Below, in pieces: positions 57,484 to 64,000 of a stretch of DNA of 64,000 bases. The position numbers and the translations under genes are program-made. The notes under the pieces were generated by a model. The model had not been told where the DNA came from and did not search any database. It worked only from the letters and a program-made list of their open reading frames with translations. This DNA is from Alphaproteobacteria bacterium (GTDB lineage: Bacteria; Pseudomonadota; Alphaproteobacteria; GCA-2731375). Numbering within the stretch: the stretch's first letter is position 1; every line of letters starts with the position of its first letter. The stretch covers positions 288,001 to 352,000 of the forward strand of contig CBDDPY010000002.1 of NCBI GenBank assembly GCA_965232515.1, written 5' to 3'.

Positions 57484-58530
57484 ATGCCGAAGCGATTGAT
57501 TTCCATGCGCCTGCCGCACGTGCTGGCCGGCCTGTTCGCGCTGATCGCCTGGCTCGGCCTGGCGGCCGGACCGGCCGCGGCCGAAGCACAGTTCAAGTGG
57601 CGCATGCAGACGCTGTGGGCGGCCGGTTCGATCAATATGAAAGTGTTCGAGGACTTCTGCCGCACGGTGTCGGAAATGAGCGGCGGCCGGCTGGAGATCG
57701 AGCCCTTGCCGAACGGCACGGTCGTCGGGCCGCTGGAGCTGTTCGATACCGTCGCCCAGGGCATTCTCGACGGCCAGAACGGCGGCGGCGGCTACGCGGC
57801 CAGCAAGGACGTGGCGTTTGTCATGCTGGGCGACCTGGCCGGCGCCTACGAGCGGCCGGATCAGATGCAGGCCTGGTACGAGTACGGCGGCGGCAAGGAA
57901 TTGGCGCGCGAGCTCTACGCGAAATACAACACCTATCACGTCGGCCTGGTCTGGCACGGCATGGAGTCGATCCCGTCCAAGGTCGCCGTCGCCGGCACCG
58001 CCGACTTCAAGGGCGTCAAGATGCGCGCGCCCACCGGCGCCGTCAGCAAGATCCTGGAACGCTTCGGTGCCGCGCCCGTCAACCTGCCGGGCAGCGAGGT
58101 CTATACGTCGCTCGAGCGCGGTGTCATCGATGCGACCGACTGGGGCACGCTGTCGATGAATGTCGACCTCGGGTTCCAGAAAATCGCGAAGTACCAGATC
58201 TATCCCGGATTTCATTCCATGCCGGCGACCGACATCGTCGTCAACATGGATCGCTGGAACGAGCTGCCGGACGACTTGAAATCGGTCCTGACGGTCGCGA
58301 CCCGAGACTTCGGCCGGGATATGTACCAGCGGCTGATGATCGAGGACGCCAAAATCGCCGCCGCGGCCGAGTCGCAGGGTATCGTCCTTGTCAACTGGGA
58401 AGACGGCGAGCGGCGGCGGTTCCGCGAGGTCGCGGCCGAAGTCTGGCAGGATCTTGCGAAGGACTCCGACATGGCGCGGAAGATCGTCGACAGCCAAACG
58501 TCGTTCCTGCGGCAGATCGGATTGCTGTAA
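57484..58530 (+). CDS. dctP: TRAP transporter substrate-binding protein
   Basis: Signal peptide; 'WRMQT', 'MSGGRLEIE', 'GVKMRAP', 'EVYTSLERGVIDA'. Confidence 0.9.
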   Translation: MPKRLISMRLPHVLAGLFALIAWLGLAAGPAAAEAQFKWRMQTLWAAGSINMKVFEDFCRTVSEMSGGRLEIEPLPNGTVVGPLELFDTVAQGILDGQNGGGGYAASKDVAFVMLGDLAGAYERPDQMQAWYEYGGGKELARELYAKYNTYHVGLVWHGMESIPSKVAVAGTADFKGVKMRAPTGAVSKILERFGAAPVNLPGSEVYTSLERGVIDATDWGTLSMNVDLGFQKIAKYQIYPGFHSMPATDIVVNMDRWNELPDDLKSVLTVATRDFGRDMYQRLMIEDAKIAAAAESQGIVLVNWEDGERRRFREVAAEVWQDLAKDSDMARKIVDSQTSFLRQIGLL

Positions 58531-58600
58531 GGACGTCGCGCCTACTGCCGCGGTCCCGGCCTTGTGCGGGGACCGCGGCGCGCGGGATGATACGCGCGGG

Positions 58601-59080
58601 ATGTCGCAAAAAGATCCCATGAGCCGGCTATCGGCCGCCGTCGGCGCCTGGCTGAGCCCGTTGTTTCTGCTCTGCGTGGCGATCAGCGTCTACGAGGTCG
58701 CGATGCGCTACCTCTTCAACGCGCCGACCGTCTGGGTGCACGAGACGACCGTCTTGTTGAGTGCGGTCGCCTTCATTGTCAGCGGCCTCTACGCCCTCGA
58801 GCGGCGCGAGCACATCCGCATCACCGTGCTCTCGGACCGTCTGCCGGCCTGGATGCGGCCGCTTCTGCGGATCTTGAACCTGTCGTTGGCGGTCGTCTTT
58901 CTCGGCGCCGTCGCCTGGGGCGGGTTCAATCTGGGCTGGCAGGCGTTGAGCAACTGGCAGACGACGCAGTCGGCGTTCAACTCGCCGACACCGGCGATCC
59001 TGAAGCCGCTTCTGGTCGTAACCGCGGCGCTGATGATCGTGCAGGTGGTCGTGCAGTTCCTTCGCGGTCGCGACGGCTAG
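58601..59080 (+). CDS. dctQ: TRAP transporter small permease
   Basis: 'YEVAMRYLFNAPTVWVHE', 'HIRIT'. Confidence 0.88.
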   Translation: MSQKDPMSRLSAAVGAWLSPLFLLCVAISVYEVAMRYLFNAPTVWVHETTVLLSAVAFIVSGLYALERREHIRITVLSDRLPAWMRPLLRILNLSLAVVFLGAVAWGGFNLGWQALSNWQTTQSAFNSPTPAILKPLLVVTAALMIVQVVVQFLRGRDG

Positions 59081-59088
59081 ACGCCGGC

Positions 59089-60387
59089 ATGGAAATTGCC
59101 GAGATCACGGCCCTGATGGGCGCCGCCATCGTCGTCCTGATGATGCTCGGCATGCCGCTGGTCTTCGTTACCGGCGCGGTCGCCGTGGTGACCTTGCTGC
59201 TCAGCTTCGGTCCGAACGGCCTGCCGCTGATCTCCAGCCGGATCTACGCGCTGGTCAACAACTACGTGCTTGTCGCGGTGCCGATGTTCATCCTGATGGC
59301 GTCGATCCTGGAACGCGCCGGCATTGCCCGCGATCTCTATGACGCCATGCATGTCTGGGCCGGGCGGGTGCGCGGCGGCGTCGCCCTGCAAACCATGGTC
59401 GCCGCCGTGCTGATGGCGTCCATGACCGGCATCGTCGGTGGCGAGGTGGTGCTGCTGGGGCTGGTCGCGCTGCCGCAGATGCTGCGTCTCGGCTATGACC
59501 GCAAGCTGGCGATCGGGACGATCTGCGCCGGCGGTGCGATGGGCACGATGATCCCGCCCTCGCTGGTGCTGATCGTCTATGGGCTGACCGCCAGTGTGTC
59601 GATCGGCGATCTGTTCCTGGCCGCGATCGGCCCCGGCCTGATGCTGGCGGGGCTCTATCTCGGCTATATCGCCCTGCGCTGCCGCCTCGATCCGACGCTC
59701 GGTCCGGTCGCCGCCGAGCTCGACGGCATGCCGCTGCGCGAAAAGCTCGGACAGCTTCGCAAGCTGGTGCTGCCCATGGCCGTCGCCGCCGCCGTGCTGG
59801 GCAGCATCTATGCCGGCGTCGCCTCGGTCAGCGAGGCCGCCGCCGTTGGCGTCGCCGGCGCCATGCTGTCCGCCTGGGCGCGCGGGCGTTTGAACCTCGA
59901 CATGCTGTGGCAGGCCTCGCTGCAGACCATGCGGACCTGCGGCATGATCCTCTGGCTCACCTTCGGCGCGGCGGCGCTGATCGGCGTTTACGGCCTGATC
60001 GGCGGCACCCGGTTCGTTTCCGATTTGATGACGAACCTGCCGATTTCGCCGCTGGGCGTGATCGCCGTGATGATGCTGATCGTCTTCGTGCTCGGCACGG
60101 TGATGGACTGGATCGGCATCTGCCTGCTGACCATGCCGATCTTCGTGCCGATCATCACGCAGCTCGGCTTCGACCCGATCTGGTTCGGTGTTCTGTTCAG
60201 CCTTAACGTCCAGGCCGCCTACCTCAGTCCACCGTTCGGACCGGCGGCCTTTTTCCTGAAGGGTGTCGCGCCGCCAGACGTGACGCTGCAGGAGATCTTC
60301 GCCGCGCTGTTGCCATTCATCGGACTGCAGCTCATCGCGCTCGGGCTGCTGCTGTTCTTTCCGCAGATCGCGCTGTGGCTCGTCTAG
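59089..60387 (+). CDS. dctM: TRAP transporter large permease
   Basis: 'AVPMFILM', 'GTMIPPS', 'LSPPFGPAAFFLKGVAP'. Confidence 0.9.
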   Translation: MEIAEITALMGAAIVVLMMLGMPLVFVTGAVAVVTLLLSFGPNGLPLISSRIYALVNNYVLVAVPMFILMASILERAGIARDLYDAMHVWAGRVRGGVALQTMVAAVLMASMTGIVGGEVVLLGLVALPQMLRLGYDRKLAIGTICAGGAMGTMIPPSLVLIVYGLTASVSIGDLFLAAIGPGLMLAGLYLGYIALRCRLDPTLGPVAAELDGMPLREKLGQLRKLVLPMAVAAAVLGSIYAGVASVSEAAAVGVAGAMLSAWARGRLNLDMLWQASLQTMRTCGMILWLTFGAAALIGVYGLIGGTRFVSDLMTNLPISPLGVIAVMMLIVFVLGTVMDWIGICLLTMPIFVPIITQLGFDPIWFGVLFSLNVQAAYLSPPFGPAAFFLKGVAPPDVTLQEIFAALLPFIGLQLIALGLLLFFPQIALWLV

Positions 60388-60434
60388 TGGACGGGTCACG
60401 GCCGCTGCGCCCCGCTTAACGCAAGGGAGTCGTC

Positions 60435-61265
60435 ATGAGACTTAACGAAGCTCAGGTCGCCGAATACCAGGAGAAGGGCTACGTCCTGGTTCCCGGCCTG
60501 CTGTCGCCGGAGGAACTGAAAGTGCTGGACGTGGCGGTCGGCGATCTCGCCCGCCATGACGGCCCGGAGGTCGCCCGCGAGCGCGACGGCACGCCGCACG
60601 TCGTCTACGGCGTGCATCTGCTGGACGACAGGCTGAAGACGCTGTCCCGGCATCCCCGGCTGGTCGGGCCGGCCGAGCAATTGCTGGGCGACAAGATATT
60701 CGTGCATCAGTCGCGCATGAACGCCAAGCAGATGGGCGGCGCGATTGTCGATTGGCATCAGGACTTCGGCACCTACCACCGGGTCGACGGTCTGCCGGAG
60801 CCGAAGGGCTTGATGATCTCGATTTTTCTGGACGAGGTCACCGCCTGCAATGCGCCGCTGATGCTGGTGCCCGGCACCCAGCATGCCGGCATCGTGCAGG
60901 AAGCGCGTGTAAACGAGGCGGCCGAGGACCATGCCCAGGCGGCCCAGTACCGCTACGACATTCCGCTCGATACGCTGGACCGATTGGTCAAGGCCCACGG
61001 CCTGGAGGCGATCACCGGTCCGGCTGGATCGATCCTGTTCATGAACATGAACGTGGTGCACGGCTCGACCGTCAACATCACGCCGCTGCGCCGCGTGATC
61101 GTCTATTTCAACGTCAGCACGGTCGACAACAGGGGCGAGACCTTCGCCCGGCCGCCTTATCTGGCGGCGCGCGATTTTGCGCCGATTGAACCGTTGGACG
61201 AGGGCTGCCTGACCCGGTTCACCACGGCCGTGGACAAGCCTGTCGAGGAGCGACGCGATGCGTGA
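60435..61265 (+). CDS. PhyH/EctD-like Fe(II)/2-oxoglutarate hydroxylase
   Basis: 'HQSRMNAK', 'WHQDFGTYH..DGLP', 'VPGTQ', 'VVHGS', 'RRV'. Confidence 0.85.
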   Translation: MRLNEAQVAEYQEKGYVLVPGLLSPEELKVLDVAVGDLARHDGPEVARERDGTPHVVYGVHLLDDRLKTLSRHPRLVGPAEQLLGDKIFVHQSRMNAKQMGGAIVDWHQDFGTYHRVDGLPEPKGLMISIFLDEVTACNAPLMLVPGTQHAGIVQEARVNEAAEDHAQAAQYRYDIPLDTLDRLVKAHGLEAITGPAGSILFMNMNVVHGSTVNITPLRRVIVYFNVSTVDNRGETFARPPYLAARDFAPIEPLDEGCLTRFTTAVDKPVEERRDA

Positions 61266-62031
61266 CAATCCGGTCAAAGCAACCCTGGCCGCTGGCGGTC
61301 GCACCTTCGGTACCATGGTCTTCGAGTTCACCAGCGCCGGACTGCCGGCGATCCTGACCGCCGCCGGCGCCGACTACGTGCTCTACGACATGGAGCACAG
61401 CGGCATCTCCATGGCCGAGATGAAGCTGCAGCTGGCGCATGCCCGCGGGCTTGGGCTCGTGCCGATCGTCCGGCCGCCGGCCAAGACCTACGACGCTGTC
61501 GCGCGGCTGCTCGACCTCGGCGCCATGGGGTTGATGCTGCCGATGGTCGAGTCGCGGGCCGAGGCCGAAGAGATCGTCGCCTGGACCCGCTATCCGACCG
61601 AGGGCGTGCGCGGGGCCATGTTCGGCGGCGCGCACGACGACTATGCCGGCGGCGATATCGCCGAGAAGATACGTATCGCGCATGAGCGCACGCTGGTGTT
61701 GGCGATGATCGAGACCGCCAAGGGCGTCGAGAATGTCGACGAGATCGTCGGCGTGCCCGGCATCGACGCGGCGCATCTCGGCCAGTTCGATCTGTCGCTC
61801 TCCCTCGGCATTCCAGGTCAGACCGGCCACGCGCGGATCGAGGCCGCGATCGACCAACTGCTGCAGGCCTGCGAACGGCACGGCAAGACGCCCGCCTGCA
61901 TGGCGCCGACCGTGGAGATCGGCCGCGACTGGCTGCAGCGCGGCTTTCGAATGGTGTCCTACTCTTACGATATCGGCCTGCTGACCGATCGCCTGCAGGA
62001 AGGATTAACGGCCCTGCGCGCCGTCGACTAG
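61258..62031 (+). CDS. HpcH/HpaI aldolase family protein
   Basis: 'DMEHS', 'LDLGAMGLMLPMV', 'MIET..GVENVDEI', 'G.FDLS.SLG'; overlaps the hydroxylase stop. Confidence 0.9.
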   Translation: MRDNPVKATLAAGGRTFGTMVFEFTSAGLPAILTAAGADYVLYDMEHSGISMAEMKLQLAHARGLGLVPIVRPPAKTYDAVARLLDLGAMGLMLPMVESRAEAEEIVAWTRYPTEGVRGAMFGGAHDDYAGGDIAEKIRIAHERTLVLAMIETAKGVENVDEIVGVPGIDAAHLGQFDLSLSLGIPGQTGHARIEAAIDQLLQACERHGKTPACMAPTVEIGRDWLQRGFRMVSYSYDIGLLTDRLQEGLTALRAVD

Positions 62032-62258
62032 CCGACCCGGTCGCGGCCGATGCCGGTGCGGCGACAGACGATCTTCAGGTATTCGTCGTCGCGCAGCGAC
62101 CGGCCCAATGCCGTGCCGGCGAAATAGGCCTGGGACTGCATGCCGCAGGCGATCTCGTTGCTGGCGTCCGGGCCGCTGATGACGTCGATGGCGTTGTTGA
62201 ACTGACAATCGCGCGGCGCGATGCCGGCGGCGCAGACAAGCAGCATGACCTTGAACAT
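62028..62258 (-). CDS. Small Cys-rich hypothetical protein (76 aa)
   Basis: AAGGA RBS; 'MFKVMLLVC......DC...NA.DVI.GP......CGM..QAY.A..........YLKIVC'. Confidence 0.65.
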   Translation of the reverse strand: MFKVMLLVCAAGIAPRDCQFNNAIDVISGPDASNEIACGMQSQAYFAGTALGRSLRDDEYLKIVCRRTGIGRDRVG

Positions 62259-62337
62259 TCGGGGTCCTTCGTGGTCGTCGCCGGTGTGCACCCGTCCATG
62301 CGTGCGGCCCGACAGTGGACGGCGACGCTAGGCAGCG

Positions 62338-62357
62338 ATGGTAAACGAGAGGTTAAC
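62338..62357. promoter_or_regulatory. CtrA-like box
   Basis: Minus strand GTTAA-N7-TTTACCAT, one mismatch to TTAA-N7-TTAA; about 80 nt upstream of the small gene. Confidence 0.5.
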
Positions 62358-62401
62358 GTCCCGCCCAGCGCCGTTCTGTGATCGGCCTCACTTGGAAAAT
62401 C

Positions 62402-62908
62402 CTAGCGTTTCTCGGCCGTGTCGTCGCGCAGCAGGCGGTTGCGCAACAGATACGACACGCCGCGCCGCCACGATTCGTCGGTATTGCCGCGGATGTCGAC
62501 GCTCATGGCGCGCTGGCGTTCGCCGGTCTCGGCATCGCGGACATAGAGGTTGATGTTGAGGATCAGGTTGCTGACCTTCTGCACCGTACCGGTGATCGCC
62601 AGCGCCGCGCCGAGCTCGCGCGCGATGTCGGCCTCGCAGCCGTTGCAGCCATAGAGATAGCCGGCTTCCTCGACGGCGGCCGCGGCCGGAAGCATGTCGA
62701 CCAGGTCGTAGCGCGCCGAGGCCGCGATCCGCTCGCGCAGCTGTTCGCTGATCGCCCGCAAGCGGCGTTGTTCGTCGGCGCGGTCACCCTCCAGGCTGGT
62801 GTCGATCAGCTCGAAGTCGAACACGGCGACGCGTACCGGCGGTTCCGCGACCGCCGGCATGGCCATCGCGATCGATACCCCGGCGATCACGCTTCGGGGA
62901 ATGCGCAT
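62402..62908 (-). CDS. DUF3280/DUF2380-like secreted protein of quinoprotein dehydrogenase clusters
   Basis: 'VAVFDFELIDTSLEG', 'CNGCE', 'GTVQKVSNLILNIN', 'SVDIRGNTDESW.RG'. Confidence 0.8.
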   Translation of the reverse strand: MRIPRSVIAGVSIAMAMPAVAEPPVRVAVFDFELIDTSLEGDRADEQRRLRAISEQLRERIAASARYDLVDMLPAAAAVEEAGYLYGCNGCEADIARELGAALAITGTVQKVSNLILNINLYVRDAETGERQRAMSVDIRGNTDESWRRGVSYLLRNRLLRDDTAEKR

Positions 62909-62915
62909 TTGCCCG

Positions 62916-63737
62916 CTACTGGCTGATCGGGTCGCCGTTGTCGTCCAGCAGGGGCACGCCGTAATCCAGTAGCACCGCGTTGATCTCCGGCCGTATCTTG
63001 GCGATCAGACCGTCGATTTCCGCCTTCCATTCCGGCTCGCGGTAGCGCACGCCCATGGAAATCTGAAACGCCATCGGCATGTCGTCCGGGATCTGCGCAA
63101 TGGGCGTCACCCGCAGTTGCGGGTCCTTCTGCTTCGCGTAGTAGCCGGCGATCGGTCCCCAGAGGACGCCGATGTCGATCTCGCCGGCGGCGACGTCCTC
63201 GACCATGCGCTGGCCCGGCTGTTCGTGCCGGGTGTCGACGACCAGCGGGTAGGGGCGGGCATTGGCCATCAGGCCGTACCGCGCCAGCAGGTCGCCGGGC
63301 GGCGTGCCGGCGACGACGCCGATCTTCAATCCCTTCAGGCGCGGATCGTCCAGGCGGCGGATCTCCTCGCCGGCGCCCGGTCGTGCCACCAGCGTGTAGG
63401 TCGACCGGTAATAAGGCGTGGTGTTCTTCAGCAATTCGTGCGGCGCCGCGATGCCGATCACCAGATCGCATTTTCCCGCGCGCAGCGTGTTGCGGATGAA
63501 GCCCATGGCCTGCGGGAACCAGGTATAGCGCACCGGCACGCCGAGCTTGGCCGCCATCAGTTCGGCGATCCGGTTCTCGAAACCCGCGCCGTCCCGGTTC
63601 GAGAACGGCAGGTTGTTCGGATCGGCGCAGACCCGAAGTGCCGTCCGGTCGACGGCGTCCGCGCGTGCCGCCGGCGGCGTCAGCGCGGCGACGGCCAGTG
63701 TCAGCGCCCAGACCGTTATCGTTCTCAGGCCGATCAT
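62916..63737 (-). CDS. MoxJ/XoxJ-family periplasmic binding protein (quinoprotein dehydrogenase-associated)
   Basis: 'LRVCADPNNLPFSN..G.GFEN', 'TPYYRSTY', 'WGPIAGY', 'DYGVPL'. Confidence 0.88.
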   Translation of the reverse strand: MIGLRTITVWALTLAVAALTPPAARADAVDRTALRVCADPNNLPFSNRDGAGFENRIAELMAAKLGVPVRYTWFPQAMGFIRNTLRAGKCDLVIGIAAPHELLKNTTPYYRSTYTLVARPGAGEEIRRLDDPRLKGLKIGVVAGTPPGDLLARYGLMANARPYPLVVDTRHEQPGQRMVEDVAAGEIDIGVLWGPIAGYYAKQKDPQLRVTPIAQIPDDMPMAFQISMGVRYREPEWKAEIDGLIAKIRPEINAVLLDYGVPLLDDNGDPISQ

Positions 63738-63754
63738 CCACGTGCTCCTTTGCG

Positions 63755-64000
63755 CTAGCTCATGCAGGCGTCGTCGCGTTCCTTAGCTTCAACGGGCTTC
63801 GCCTGTTTTTTCGGCCGGCCACGACCCAGTGCGCCGTCGGCGCGCGCTTTCAGATAGGCGAAGATGTCGTCGACAAAGCACATCACGTTCAGATTGTCGG
63901 CGAAGGCCGGCATCTTGCTCTGCTGCGCGGCGCCGACTTTCTCGCGGCCGTTGACGACGACGTCGAGATAGTCGTCGTAGGCCATGGACTTCATCGAATC
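63755..64000 (-). CDS. c-type cytochrome linked to PQQ alcohol/methanol dehydrogenases (3' part only)
   Basis: C-terminus 'VVVNGR...MPAF.DNLNVMCFVDDIFAYLKARADG...RGRP' directly upstream of the MoxJ-like gene; the CxxCH motif would lie outside the window. Confidence 0.7.
   Translation of the reverse strand, partial: DSMKSMAYDDYLDVVVNGREKVGAAQQSKMPAFADNLNVMCFVDDIFAYLKARADGALGRGRPKKQAKPVEAKERDDACMS

Noticed and set aside
60435-61265. Calling the hydroxylase ectD
   Set aside because: The signature deviates at several positions and no ectoine genes are adjacent
1-64000. CRISPR arrays, tRNA and rRNA genes
   Set aside because: No regularly spaced repeat-spacer series or RNA-gene signatures seen; the short intergenic regions are explained by promoters or REP-like hairpins

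Overview
High-GC, gene-dense chromosomal window with the look of an alphaproteobacterium: CtrA-type boxes, alphaproteobacterial REP-like hairpins, and TRAP/Opp/LIV transporters. Most of it is transport and catabolism. This includes an acyl-CoA dehydrogenase pair, Fe/2OG dioxygenases, enoyl-CoA hydratases, a CoA-transferase, an amidase, an amidohydrolase, a GMC oxidoreductase, a LeuCD paralog and the tail of a PQQ-dehydrogenase accessory cluster. One complete IS5-family element sits inside a REP doublet, and a class II aldolase gene is frameshifted at an A5 run. The best candidate for an undescribed system is a coupled pair of very large uncharacterised genes (39593-43114, 1173 aa; 35488-39582, 1364 aa). 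Neither has a signal peptide; one ends in a long run of amphipathic beta strands and the other looks like a string of Ig/FnIII-like modules. A second candidate is an orphan MlaC-like gene clustered with three coiled-coil genes (49410-53070). No rRNA, tRNA or CRISPR array was seen. All product calls come from motifs read by eye; no database search was run.
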